From positions 480,001-544,000 of the forward strand of contig CAWAKC010000001.1 in assembly GCA_963782525.1 (NCBI GenBank): DNA of 64,000 nt. The letters are read 5' to 3'. The translations under genes and the position numbers were made by a program. The notes below the pieces were generated by a model. That model ran no database searches, was not told where the DNA came from, and worked only from the letters and a program-made list of their open reading frames with translations. Source of the DNA: Candidatus Bathyarchaeota archaeon. Lineage in GTDB: Archaea > Thermoproteota > Bathyarchaeia > Bathyarchaeales > Bathycorpusculaceae. Numbering within the stretch: the stretch's first letter is position 1; the number at the start of each line of letters is the position of its first letter. Shown piece after piece: positions 47,071-57,136 of the stretch.

Positions 47071-47745
47071 TTGGAGAATATTAACTTGAAAATACCAGAA
47101 ATACACCTTGAACCCAAACAGCGAGCACTAAAAGTAATTGAACTCCTCGAAAAACAATACCCAAAGGCCAAAACCGCCCTAAACTTCGCTAACCCACTGG
47201 AAATCCTCGTAGCAACCATGCTCTCAGCTCAAACAACCGATGTAACAGTCAACATCGTAACCCAAAAACTATTCAAAAAATACCACACCACCCAAGACTA
47301 CGCAAAAGCAGATATAAAAGACCTCGAACAAGACATCCATTCCACAGGTTTCTACCACAACAAAGCCAAAAACCTAAAGAACTGCTGCCAACTCCTCGTG
47401 GAAAAATTCCACGGTCAAGTGCCCAAGACTATGGAGGAGCTTCTGGAGCTTCCGGGTGTTGCAAGAAAAACCGCTAACATAGTCCTCTACAACGCTTATG
47501 ACATAACGGCTGGCGTTGCGGTGGATACACATGTGACCAGATTGTCGCAGCGGCTTGGGCTAACGGAGCAAAAAGACCAAAACAAGATAGAAAAAGACCT
47601 AATGCAGATTACTCCCAAAGAAAAGTGGATGCCTCTCACTGACTTGCTGATTTTTCACGGCAGACAAGTGTGCATGGCAAAAAAACCCAGATGTGAAATA
47701 TGCGTCTTGAACAAGATTTGCCCTTCAGCCTTCACATTCGGATAG
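47071..47745 (+). CDS. nth: Endonuclease III
   Basis: LSAQTTD, LPGVARKTAN HhH, VDTH, C-x6-C-x2-C-x5-C. Confidence 0.95.
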   Translation: MENINLKIPEIHLEPKQRALKVIELLEKQYPKAKTALNFANPLEILVATMLSAQTTDVTVNIVTQKLFKKYHTTQDYAKADIKDLEQDIHSTGFYHNKAKNLKNCCQLLVEKFHGQVPKTMEELLELPGVARKTANIVLYNAYDITAGVAVDTHVTRLSQRLGLTEQKDQNKIEKDLMQITPKEKWMPLTDLLIFHGRQVCMAKKPRCEICVLNKICPSAFTFG

Positions 47746-47780
47746 GCATTAGCCATTTATACAAGCGTTAACTTTTCTTT

Positions 47781-48281
47781 TTGCAGATAGGACTGATTTT
47801 CATGGAGAACCAAGTTAAAGTCGGAGACAAGGCACCGGATTTCACGTTAGTTGATATGGACAAGAAACCCAGAAGCCTGCATGAGTTTTTAGGAAAAAAA
47901 GTTGTTTTAGCTTTCTACGTTGGCGCTTTCACCTCAACATGTACCAAGGAAGTATGTGAGTTCCGCGATTCCATGGCACAACTAGTCGATTTGAATGCTC
48001 AAGTCATCGGAGTTAGCGTTAATGATCCTTTCTCGAATAAGGCTTTTGCAGAAAAAAACAGGCTGCCCTTCCCTGTACTGAGCGATTACAACAGGGAAGT
48101 CATCAAAACCTACGGAGTTGAATTGTTTGATTTTGCAGGATTGAAGGGGTACACGGTTGCTGAACGCTCAATTTTCATCCTCAACGAAGAGGGCTTCGTT
48201 CGATATGTGTGGATTTCTGAGGACCCATCAGTTGAACCAAACTATCAGGATATACAGAAAGCCTTAGAAGAAATCCCCTAA
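47781..48281 (+). CDS. Peroxiredoxin (BCP/AhpE-like)
   Basis: [24 protein letters not shown]. Confidence 0.9.
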   Translation: MQIGLIFMENQVKVGDKAPDFTLVDMDKKPRSLHEFLGKKVVLAFYVGAFTSTCTKEVCEFRDSMAQLVDLNAQVIGVSVNDPFSNKAFAEKNRLPFPVLSDYNREVIKTYGVELFDFAGLKGYTVAERSIFILNEEGFVRYVWISEDPSVEPNYQDIQKALEEIP

Positions 48282-48317
48282 AGCAAACCCAACTATTGCA
48301 GTCCACCTATAACGAAT

Positions 48318-48356
48318 AGGGGTTATTGGCTAAATTTCAAGCCATTAACCCCTTTT
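48318..48356 (+). terminator. Hairpin followed by a short T run
   Basis: 14-bp stem with one mismatch, AGGGGTTATTGGCT/AGCCATTAACCCCT, 8-nt loop. Confidence 0.4.
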
Positions 48357-48573
48357 AAAATATCTTTTATGGGAAATTCAAGGATGAATTTGGTCGTCCT
48401 TTGTTCTGCAACCGGAAGTAAACCCAACTTCTTGTCGAGTCTTCCAATCTCAATTAGATATAAAAATCGTTTGCGTGTACGTTAGATTAGCTTTCCTCAA
48501 GTTCAACGCAGCTAATTCTGGATAATTCTTAAATCGTTAAACTGCATTTACAAACAAGGTAAGGTGTAAAAAA

Positions 48574-49512
48574 TTGGCACAACAACCACCAAGTTATAAA
48601 ACAGTTTTCGTTTTCCTAGACACAGACAAATATTGCAGTCCATTCGACATGCTCGTAGCAATCGACGCTTTCCCAGACTCAATGATATTCAAGTACGAGA
48701 ATATTACAGGCGAGGATGCCACAAAAATCGTTTACGATCTTCTGTTCCCACGTGGACCCGAAGGCGCAAAACACACTAAAGTCTTCATCAACGGAAGTAA
48801 CTTTGAAATGGTCGAACAAGTCGTCGCCGCTACACAGAAAGCGATGAAGTCAGCCCCATGGGGAAACAGCATTATCGTTGACCCACGAGGTGGATACTCA
48901 ACTGCCGCAGCCGCAGTAGCAAAAACTTTCGGAGCAGCCATGGAGAAAGGCTTCGGATCTTTAGAAGGCAAAAAAGTTGCAGTTTTAGCTGGCACAGGAC
49001 CAGTCGGGCAAACAGCCGCAAGAATCTACGCAGCAGAAAAAGCCAACGTAACCATCACCAGCCGCTCACTCGCAAAAGGCCAGGTAGTCGCATACAAAAT
49101 CAACCAGGAATGCGGTGCACAAAGAGTTACAGTTGTCGAGGTCACCAAACCTGAACAAACAGCTGCAGCCATTGAGGGTGCAGAAATTGTCCTTTCAGCA
49201 GGTGCAGGCGGAATTCAATTACTCTCAGCAGCAGATCTGAATAAGTCACCTACTTGCAAAATAGTAGCAGACATCAACGCTATCAAGCCATTGGGTGTGG
49301 AAGGTTTAGCTCCCAATGATGACGGCAAAGAACTCAAACCAGGCGTCTACGGCATCGGTGCATTAGCCATCGGGAAACTAAAAATCAAAACAGAAACAGA
49401 AATGATTAAACGCGCAACAGCCGAACCTTCAGGTCTCTTCGACTACGCAATCGCTTATACCATCGCTAAAGACCAAATCCTAAAGAAACTCGCAAAAGCA
49501 GCTGCCAAATAA
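48574..49512 (+). CDS. Methylene-H4MPT dehydrogenase, NAD(P)-dependent MtdA/B-like
   Basis: SPFD...D, FPRGP, DPRGGYSTAAA, GTGPVG, DINA..P.G, GALAIG..K. Confidence 0.82.
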   Translation: MAQQPPSYKTVFVFLDTDKYCSPFDMLVAIDAFPDSMIFKYENITGEDATKIVYDLLFPRGPEGAKHTKVFINGSNFEMVEQVVAATQKAMKSAPWGNSIIVDPRGGYSTAAAAVAKTFGAAMEKGFGSLEGKKVAVLAGTGPVGQTAARIYAAEKANVTITSRSLAKGQVVAYKINQECGAQRVTVVEVTKPEQTAAAIEGAEIVLSAGAGGIQLLSAADLNKSPTCKIVADINAIKPLGVEGLAPNDDGKELKPGVYGIGALAIGKLKIKTETEMIKRATAEPSGLFDYAIAYTIAKDQILKKLAKAAAK

Positions 49513-49642
49513 GCAGATAATTTCTTATCTTTTCTTTATAAAGAATTTTTCCATTTTGAATAACTATACTTATTTATGATAAATTTCAGTTTGTATTTAT
49601 CATTCAAGTAAGCTCTATGTTAGTTAAGGATGAGAATTTAAT

Positions 49643-50710
49643 TTGGCCAATCTTACAGAAACAATCGAGCAAATTCTGAACTTAAACGCTGGCATTGCCG
49701 AAATCTTAGCATCCATATTTCTATTCACAGTTGTGGCTGTAATCGGATGGGCAATCTATTTTGTTTTCAACAGGTACTTTTCTAAATGGGCAGAAAAAAC
49801 CGAAACAACCCTCGACGACGACATCATCGATGCCGTTAAAAGCTTCATAGTGATTTTAGTCATAATACTCGGCATAGAGTATTCACTGCAACCGCTATCA
49901 TTCCTGCAATCCTACAACGCCACATTAAACAGGATATTCTTAGTAATAGAAATCTTACTAGGCGCATTCGCTACCACTCGCGTCTCAAACATATTTGCTG
50001 ATTGGTACGCTGACAAAGCTTCAGGGCCCGGGAAAAACAAACATCATCTCGTCTTTATACTTAAAAAAATCATACAAGCCATCGTTTACATCTCAGCTTT
50101 ACTTATAATTCTCTTTTTTGTTTTTAATGTTAAAGACTTCACTGGCGCAATCGTCGGTTTAGGAGTCGGAGGCATCGCAATAGCGTTTGCCCTGCAAAAC
50201 ACTTTAAGCGACTTCTTTAGCGCTTTCTCAATCTTTCTGGATAGACCCTTTGAAATTGGCGACTTCATAAACGTGGGAGAATTCAACGGCACAGTCAAAA
50301 GCATCGGAGTAAAATCCACTCGGCTCAAGCTGCTGTCAGGCGAAGAACTCGTCATCTCAAACAAAGAATTGACCACAGCCAGTGTTCGAAACTACCGTAA
50401 ACTGGAAAAAAGACGCATAGCTTTCAACATAGGAGTAACCTATGACACACCAACCGAAAAACTTAAAAAAATCCCACAAATCATAACTGCCATAATCAAA
50501 AACGCAGAAAACGTCGAGTTTGAACGCGTGCACTTCACTGAGTTTGGCGATTGCAGCCTAAAATTCCTCATCAGCTACTACGTAACAACTGCAGACTACG
50601 CTGTCTACCTTGACACTCAACAAAGTATCAATTTCGCCATCAGAGAAGCGTTTGAACATGAAGGAATAGAGATGGCGTTTCCAACCAGCACAGTATATCT
50701 CAAAAAATAA
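49643..50710 (+). CDS. mscS: Small-conductance mechanosensitive channel family protein
   Basis: GLGVGGIAIAFALQ, RPFEIGD, AFPT. Confidence 0.9.
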   Translation: MANLTETIEQILNLNAGIAEILASIFLFTVVAVIGWAIYFVFNRYFSKWAEKTETTLDDDIIDAVKSFIVILVIILGIEYSLQPLSFLQSYNATLNRIFLVIEILLGAFATTRVSNIFADWYADKASGPGKNKHHLVFILKKIIQAIVYISALLIILFFVFNVKDFTGAIVGLGVGGIAIAFALQNTLSDFFSAFSIFLDRPFEIGDFINVGEFNGTVKSIGVKSTRLKLLSGEELVISNKELTTASVRNYRKLEKRRIAFNIGVTYDTPTEKLKKIPQIITAIIKNAENVEFERVHFTEFGDCSLKFLISYYVTTADYAVYLDTQQSINFAIREAFEHEGIEMAFPTSTVYLKK

Positions 50711-50740
50711 TTGCCCAAAAAAGGGTAAATTTTTTTGTGT

Positions 50741-51904
50741 TTATTCGAATGTGGCAGCGATTCGTTTGCAGGCTTCGGCGATGCGTTCTTTGGACTGTGT
50801 AAATGTTATGCGGGCGTATCCTTCACCGTATTTCCCAAAGCCATCGCCAGGCGTCACTGCTACACCTGCATCGAGGAGTTTAGCAACGAATTTCATCGAA
50901 TCGCATTTGCAGTTAACCCAAACATAGAAGGTCGCTTTTGGCTTTTCAACTTCGTAGCCAAGCTTACAAAGTGTGTCGACTAGTAGGTCACGGCGTTCCT
51001 GCAGAATCTGGTTGTTTTGCCTCAGAAAATCTGGAGCCTCACCGTTTCTATAGGACGCGAGGGCTTTCACCGCTACTTTTTGAGTATATACGGGTGGTCC
51101 ACTGTCGATTTGAGTTTTTATCTTAGTCAATCCCTCGACAAGCCTCTTGTTTCCAACAGCAAATCCTATTCGGTCACCAGTCATGTTAAAGGTTTTCGAA
51201 AGCGAATGAAACTCAATAGCGACATCTATGGCGCCGTCAACTTCCAAAACGCTCGGAGCGCGGTAGCCGTCGTAGGTGACTTCTGAATAAGCATTATCAT
51301 AGCATAACATCAAGTGGTTATCCGTGGCAAAATCAACTGCTTCCTTGAGGAATTTCTTGTCAACCGTCGCGGCAGTGGGGTTATTCGGGTAGTTTAGATA
51401 CATCATCTTTGATTGTTTTGTGTCGATTGCGTCAAAGTCGGGTTTGAACCCGTTCTCTTCCAACAATGGCATGGGTACAGTTACGCCATCGCAGAGAATT
51501 GTGCCGCCTTGAGCATAGACGGGATAAGCTGGGTCAGGGATCAAAACTTGGTCACCTGGGTTAATGAACGCTCGGGCGACGTTTGCAATGCCCTCCTTTG
51601 AACCTAAAAGTGCGACGACTTGGTCCTGTGGCAAGTCAACATTGAATCGTTTCTTGCACCACTCCGTCACGGCTTCTCTGAAGTCTGGCTCGCCTTGACT
51701 GAAGGAATAGTTATGATTCTTTATGTTACCTGCTTCTTCTTTGAGCGATTCGATTATGAAAGGTGGCGGGGGAAGGTCAGGGTCACCGATACTCAAAGAT
51801 ATTAGGTCGATACCGCAACGTTTCTTTTCTCTGGTAAGTTTTTCAAGTTCAGCAAAAAGGTACGGCGGTAACCTTTTAATTCGGTCTGCATACTCAAACG
51901 TCAA
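50741..51904 (-). CDS. dapL: LL-diaminopimelate aminotransferase
   Basis: LPPYLF, GSKEG, NYPNNPT, SLSKTFNMTG.RIG; dap operon context. Confidence 0.85.
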   Translation of the reverse strand: MTFEYADRIKRLPPYLFAELEKLTREKKRCGIDLISLSIGDPDLPPPPFIIESLKEEAGNIKNHNYSFSQGEPDFREAVTEWCKKRFNVDLPQDQVVALLGSKEGIANVARAFINPGDQVLIPDPAYPVYAQGGTILCDGVTVPMPLLEENGFKPDFDAIDTKQSKMMYLNYPNNPTAATVDKKFLKEAVDFATDNHLMLCYDNAYSEVTYDGYRAPSVLEVDGAIDVAIEFHSLSKTFNMTGDRIGFAVGNKRLVEGLTKIKTQIDSGPPVYTQKVAVKALASYRNGEAPDFLRQNNQILQERRDLLVDTLCKLGYEVEKPKATFYVWVNCKCDSMKFVAKLLDAGVAVTPGDGFGKYGEGYARITFTQSKERIAEACKRIAATFE

Positions 51905-51907
51905 TTT

Positions 51908-52735
51908 CTATAGCTCCTTGAATAGTGTTCCTTCATAAACTTTCTCAGCTACTCCAGTCAGGAACAGGGTTTTGGCGACTTCTACTTGGAGGTCTCCACC
52001 GAGCACGTGGACTGAAACTTTGTTGCCGACTTTTCCGAGCTTGCCAGCCGCTGCAACAGCCGCGCAGGTTCCTGTTCCGCAGGCTAGGGTTTCTCCACAG
52101 CCTCGCTCCCAAACCCGAACCTTAAGCTCATCTTTGTTTAGGACTTGGACAAAGCTAACATTGGTTCTTTTGGGAAAAGCCTGGTCGTTTTCGACGATTG
52201 GACCCATATAGTCAACTGGAAATTCATCCACATTCTCCACGAATATGACACAGTGGGGGTTGCCCATAGAGAGGCAGGTGATTTTGTAGGGTTCACCGTC
52301 TACTTCTAAGTTACAGTTTATGCATGTGCCTTCTCCCAGCATCGGAAGCGACGTTCGCTCCCAGTTGGGTGTACCCATATCGACTTTAACGGTTACAACT
52401 TCGCTTCCTTTTAGGGTTAACCATACATGCTTTATGCCCGCTAACGTTTCAACAGTAAACTCTGGTTTCTTTGCGACACCATTTTCGTAGCAGTACTTGG
52501 CAAAACACCGAATTCCGTTGCCACACATCTCTGCTTCGCTGCCATCGGCGTTGAAAATCCTCATCTTGACGTCGGCATCCGTTGAGTTGTAGACGAGGAG
52601 AAGACCGTCTGCGCCGACAGAGAAGCGCCGTTCACAAAGCTTCTTAGCTAAACCGGCGGTATCAATGATTTTTTGGTCTCGGTCATCGATTACAACATAG
52701 TCATTGCCCAAACCATGCATCTTCCAAAAACGCAT
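51908..52735 (-). CDS. dapF: Diaminopimelate epimerase
   Basis: KMHGLGND, EMCGNG, GNPH, ERGCGETLACGTG. Confidence 0.96.
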   Translation of the reverse strand: MRFWKMHGLGNDYVVIDDRDQKIIDTAGLAKKLCERRFSVGADGLLLVYNSTDADVKMRIFNADGSEAEMCGNGIRCFAKYCYENGVAKKPEFTVETLAGIKHVWLTLKGSEVVTVKVDMGTPNWERTSLPMLGEGTCINCNLEVDGEPYKITCLSMGNPHCVIFVENVDEFPVDYMGPIVENDQAFPKRTNVSFVQVLNKDELKVRVWERGCGETLACGTGTCAAVAAAGKLGKVGNKVSVHVLGGDLQVEVAKTLFLTGVAEKVYEGTLFKEL

Positions 52736-54030
52736 CAGGGACCACTCTGCATTCGTTGACTATCCATCAAATCGCGCAGTTCCTCTCGCTTGCGAACCAA
52801 CACGTCCTTACCCTGTCGAATCATAACTTCCGCTGCTCTGGGGCGGGAGTTGTACTGGGAACTCATGCTAAACCCGTATGCGCCAGCGTTTAGAACAGCC
52901 AGTAAATCGCCCTCCTCAACCTCCGGAAGCTGGCGGTCATTTGCAAGCGCGTCGCCTGACTCGCAAATTGGACCCACCACATTGTAAGTTACCTTGTCAG
53001 CTTTGGCTAATTTGTTGGCAACTAAGATCGGGTGGTAGGATCCGTACATTGTGGGGCGAACAAGAGTGTTGAAGCCAGCATCTACGCCGACGTACTTGTG
53101 GGCAGGTGTAACCTTAACAGTGTTAACTTTGGTGAGAAGGATACTTGCGTCGCAAACTATGTACCTTCCGGGCTCTACACATAGAAACGGCTTACCTAAA
53201 CCGTATTCCTTGACTTTAGCCTTGAAGGGAGCAACGATTTTGCTGGAAAACTCATTTACGTCAAAGTCTTTGTCTTCTGGCTTGTATGGAACGCCGAATC
53301 CGCCCCCAATATCGATAAACTCGAATTCTATGCCCACTTCATCATGCACTCGCTTAGCTATGCTCAAGAGTTTTTCAACTGCCAACGCATAGGGTTCAAT
53401 TTCTAATATACCTGACCCAATGTGCATATGGATACCGAAACGTTCAACCCTTGCACGCTTCGCAATCGCATAAGCCTGAATGGTTTCTTCTTCCCAGAGT
53501 CCAAACTTGGATTCTGGACCTGCAGTTATGCAGTGGCTGTGGTGTCCTGCACCAACTTCAGGGTTAACACGAACCGACAGAATCGGCGGTACATTAATCT
53601 TTAGTAATCGGTCGAGTTCGGATTGGGAATCTACGTTCACAGTGATGCCTGCGCCGGCGAGAAAAGTTAATTCGTCTGTACGTACGCTAGTGCCAGTGAA
53701 TAGGATGCGGTCAGGTGTGAACCCGCTGCTTAAACCCATGAACACCTCGCCGGGACTAACTGTGTCTAAGTAGGCACCTTCTGACTGCATAATCTTTAGC
53801 ACTGTCAGGTTGCTGTTGGCCTTGCATGCATAGTAAACACGCAGGTGCTTGTAGTTGCTGATTAGGGCATTGTGGATGCGGTTATAATTGTCTCTGATAC
53901 GTTTCTCGCTCAGAACATACAGTGGCGTATCGTATTTTTCTGCTAATTCCTTAACTGAGGAGCCTTCAAAGAAGAGACTACCTTTTCGGTCTTCCAACGG
54001 TTCACGAAGCTTTCTCTTAACCATCCGCAT
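52735..54030 (-). CDS. lysA: Diaminopimelate decarboxylase
   Basis: YACKAN, SKFG, HIGS, GGG, EPGR, CESGD, YNSRPR. Confidence 0.96.
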   Translation of the reverse strand: MRMVKRKLREPLEDRKGSLFFEGSSVKELAEKYDTPLYVLSEKRIRDNYNRIHNALISNYKHLRVYYACKANSNLTVLKIMQSEGAYLDTVSPGEVFMGLSSGFTPDRILFTGTSVRTDELTFLAGAGITVNVDSQSELDRLLKINVPPILSVRVNPEVGAGHHSHCITAGPESKFGLWEEETIQAYAIAKRARVERFGIHMHIGSGILEIEPYALAVEKLLSIAKRVHDEVGIEFEFIDIGGGFGVPYKPEDKDFDVNEFSSKIVAPFKAKVKEYGLGKPFLCVEPGRYIVCDASILLTKVNTVKVTPAHKYVGVDAGFNTLVRPTMYGSYHPILVANKLAKADKVTYNVVGPICESGDALANDRQLPEVEEGDLLAVLNAGAYGFSMSSQYNSRPRAAEVMIRQGKDVLVRKREELRDLMDSQRMQSGP

Positions 54031-54064
54031 ACACCAGACTCTAATGTTACTGCTTGAGCGAAAT

Positions 54065-55150
54065 TTAAGCTAAACCATTCGCCACATACAACTCTGCACT
54101 TAAAATTCCGCCGCCTGCAGCACCCCGAACGGTATTGTGTCCAAGGCACATATACTTGAAAGTCATAATGGGGTCTTTGCGGATTCTGCCCACGACAACG
54201 CTTTGTCCTTTGCCGGCATCTCTGTCCAACCGTGGTTGGGGTCGGTTCTTTTCATGACGAACTATGATTGGCTGGGCTGGAGCAGATGGCAACTTGAGCA
54301 GTTGAGGTGCTCCCCTGAAGTCTTCGAATGCCGCTATAATTTGCTCAAGCGATGGGTCTTCGTCTAATTTCACGAATATGGATTCTAAGTGGCCGTCTTT
54401 TACGTTGACTCGGTTGCAGCTGGAGCTAAGCTTAAAATCAGCGTTCTGGATAACTCCGTGGTTAAAGATTCCAAGTATCTTTAGAGCTTCAGTCTCCATC
54501 TTATCCTCTTCTCCAGAGATGAAAGGAACGACATTATCGATAATGTCTAGGGAAGCTACGCCCGGGTAACCTGCACCGCTGAGTGCTTGCATAGTATTTA
54601 CTATAACCTGTTTTAAACCGAATTGCATGAGGGGCTTCAAGGTAATTGCCATTTGGATGGTGCTGCAATTTGGGTCTGTAGAGATAAATCCTTTCCATCC
54701 TCGAAGTTGCTGTTGAACCTTGATTAACTCAACATGGTCAGGGTTAATTTCTGGAATGATCAGCGGAACGTCTTTTTCCATTCTGTGGGCACTTGCCTTA
54801 CTAAACACCGGGTAAAAAGCAGCAAATTCTGCTTCAACAGGTCCAGCTAAATCACCGGGCATCGATGAGAAAATCAAATCTACGTCCCCAGCCTTTTCTA
54901 CGGATGCCACGTCAGCGTTGACTACGGGCATTTCCGCAATTTCTTTAGGCAGATCCGACTCCATGAGCCAGTTGCAGGCATCTTTGTATTTTTTTCCTGC
55001 TGACCGCTCAGAAGCGGCAAGTACATCAATCTTGAACCAAGGATGACCTTGCAGGAGTTGAATGTACCGTTGTCCAACGGCTCCAGTTGCGCCTAAGATG
55101 GCGACTTTACGTTTATTGGGCATGGGTGTTTCTTCCTTTGCTCTTTTCAC
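54065..55150 (-). CDS. asd: Aspartate-semialdehyde dehydrogenase
   Basis: GATGAVGQ, PNCST, QALSGAG, HNTVRGAAG. Confidence 0.96.
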   Translation of the reverse strand: MKRAKEETPMPNKRKVAILGATGAVGQRYIQLLQGHPWFKIDVLAASERSAGKKYKDACNWLMESDLPKEIAEMPVVNADVASVEKAGDVDLIFSSMPGDLAGPVEAEFAAFYPVFSKASAHRMEKDVPLIIPEINPDHVELIKVQQQLRGWKGFISTDPNCSTIQMAITLKPLMQFGLKQVIVNTMQALSGAGYPGVASLDIIDNVVPFISGEEDKMETEALKILGIFNHGVIQNADFKLSSSCNRVNVKDGHLESIFVKLDEDPSLEQIIAAFEDFRGAPQLLKLPSAPAQPIIVRHEKNRPQPRLDRDAGKGQSVVVGRIRKDPIMTFKYMCLGHNTVRGAAGGGILSAELYVANGLA

Positions 55151-55190
55151 TCTGTATATCGTTGATAAAAAAGTTAATGGTTTTGGCTCT

Positions 55191-55985
55191 TTAAGTTAAG
55201 CCTAAAACATCAGCCATACTGAACACTTTAGGCTCGTTTTGCTTGCTTAACCATTCAGCCGCATACACGGCGCCCTGTGCAAACACGCCCCGTGAGAATG
55301 CAGTGTGTTCTATGCGCAACATTTCGTGTGGACCTGCAACGATGACATCGTGGATTCCTGGCACTCCGCCTGCACGCATCGCTACCGATTCGAGCTCGGC
55401 TGGTTGTCGCGGGCTGATACCTTCCCTACCGTATACCATCTTTGTGTAACCCCGGGCTTGGGAAACTATTTGTTCAAGTTTCTTTGCGGTTCCAGATGGT
55501 GCATCCTTCTTCCCTGTGTGATGTATTTCGCTTAAGCTGAAATCATAACCCTGCGGAAACGATTTGAGTACTTCGACTAATTTGAAGAGTATATTGACGC
55601 CTACACTGTAGTTTGGCGAGAACACCGCCGGGATTTTTCCCGACATTGCAGCTATAACCCGCTGGTTTTGTTCTGGTGTAAAACCTGTAGTACCGAGGAT
55701 TATGCGTTTGCCTTGATTTACGACGATTGGGATGTTGATTAATTCTGCAGCTGGCGCTGTAAAGCTTATGTAAACGTCGGCGTCTTTGAGGGCCTCGCTC
55801 AGTTTGTCGGAGCTGAAGATTTTTGTATCGGAGTTAGCTACGTTTAATTCTTTTAGGTTTTTGCCGATGCCGGAAGCTGTGGGTGATTCGATGGCTCCTA
55901 CGATTTGGTGACCCTTGGAGATGGCTTCTGTGATGATGGCGTTGCCCATTCGTCCTGCAGCACCTGCGACACAGATCTTAACCAT
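55191..55985 (-). CDS. dapB: 4-hydroxy-tetrahydrodipicolinate reductase
   Basis: GAAGRMG, GTTG, EIHHTGKKDAPSGTA. Confidence 0.96.
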   Translation of the reverse strand: MVKICVAGAAGRMGNAIITEAISKGHQIVGAIESPTASGIGKNLKELNVANSDTKIFSSDKLSEALKDADVYISFTAPAAELINIPIVVNQGKRIILGTTGFTPEQNQRVIAAMSGKIPAVFSPNYSVGVNILFKLVEVLKSFPQGYDFSLSEIHHTGKKDAPSGTAKKLEQIVSQARGYTKMVYGREGISPRQPAELESVAMRAGGVPGIHDVIVAGPHEMLRIEHTAFSRGVFAQGAVYAAEWLSKQNEPKVFSMADVLGLT

Positions 55986-57015
55986 AGTAGAGACCTTCCA
56001 GGTACTTTTCGTTGTATAGTCTCTCTTTGAGGTCTACGCCAAAGTAGTCGGCGATGGGCTTTAGGATCTGCGGGTTGCTCTCGTAGACTTTTCGCGCGTT
56101 AGTTAAGACGACTTCTAAGCCACTGCGGGTCATCTTTCCCAGGGGTTGTCTGCATGAACCTGAAGGCATACCCAATACGTTCATGAGAGTCTTGTAGGCA
56201 AGGGGATTACGAGCTTTGCAAGCTACGGATCCATAAGGTGTTTGTTCCTGTGTCTTCACGGTAACTATATTGAAGAGGGGTTGGAGGGCTTGGGAAATTA
56301 CGCTTGCTGCTTCTTCATTGCCGTCGAGGATATAGTGTACCATGTCGACAACTGCGCTTGGAGCAACGTTTGAGACGACCGATATAACCCCGCTTGCAGC
56401 GATGTCGGGTGAAATCATCATAGTGTAAGTCTTATCGTCGTCGCCAGAGAGGATGTCGAAGTCTTCTCCGCAAAGTTGCCGAGTTAGCTCCATGTTCCTG
56501 AGGTCGCCCGTAGCTTCCTTTACGCATCGAACGTTCGGGTACAGTTGGTGCAAAACCGCGAGGTCTTGGGGGTAAAGCTGGGTTCCTGTCCTGCCTGGGA
56601 TAATATATGGGATAACTTGGACTTCTGGGAATTGCTGTGCGATGGGCTCGATGTATTCTCTGCGAATTTCAAGCGAGCTTGGCCCGTTGTAATATGGATC
56701 AACTAGTAGGACGGTGTTTACGCCAAAGTCGTATGCATGCTTAGTTCCATCGATTGCTTCTTGGGTTGAGTTGCTTCCCGTGCCCGCTATGGTCAGGCAT
56801 CTACTACTTGCATACTCATGTACTTTTTCGATGACTTCCGTGTGTTCGTTCCAATCTAAAGTTGGGCTTTCGCCGGTTGTGCCGACGGCTAATATGCCTT
56901 TGACGCCGTTTTTTATTTGGAAATCTACCAGTTGCTGTAATCCTTCGTAATCGACTTGGCGATTACGGTTCATGGGAGTTATTAGGGCTGTGTAACAACC
57001 ACTGAATGTAACCAT
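55978..57015 (-). CDS. dapA: 4-hydroxy-tetrahydrodipicolinate synthase
   Basis: GTTGES, PYYN, KEATG, SGDD. Confidence 0.94.
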   Translation of the reverse strand: MVTFSGCYTALITPMNRNRQVDYEGLQQLVDFQIKNGVKGILAVGTTGESPTLDWNEHTEVIEKVHEYASSRCLTIAGTGSNSTQEAIDGTKHAYDFGVNTVLLVDPYYNGPSSLEIRREYIEPIAQQFPEVQVIPYIIPGRTGTQLYPQDLAVLHQLYPNVRCVKEATGDLRNMELTRQLCGEDFDILSGDDDKTYTMMISPDIAASGVISVVSNVAPSAVVDMVHYILDGNEEAASVISQALQPLFNIVTVKTQEQTPYGSVACKARNPLAYKTLMNVLGMPSGSCRQPLGKMTRSGLEVVLTNARKVYESNPQILKPIADYFGVDLKERLYNEKYLEGLYYG

Positions 57016-57066
57016 TTTTTATTCCTCTTTTGGGTACGGAAGATTGGTTAACACATTATTTAAGCA

Positions 57067-57101
57067 TTACGTTTTTCACATATTTTTTACTAAAAACGTA
57101 A
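57067..57101. promoter_or_regulatory. Inverted repeat upstream of the dap operon TATA box
   Basis: TTACGTTTTT-n15-AAAAACGTAA next to the minus-strand CTTAAATA at 57064-57057. Confidence 0.45.
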
Positions 57102-57136
57102 ATAATAACGAGTTAATGCATAAATCCAACTGCGAA

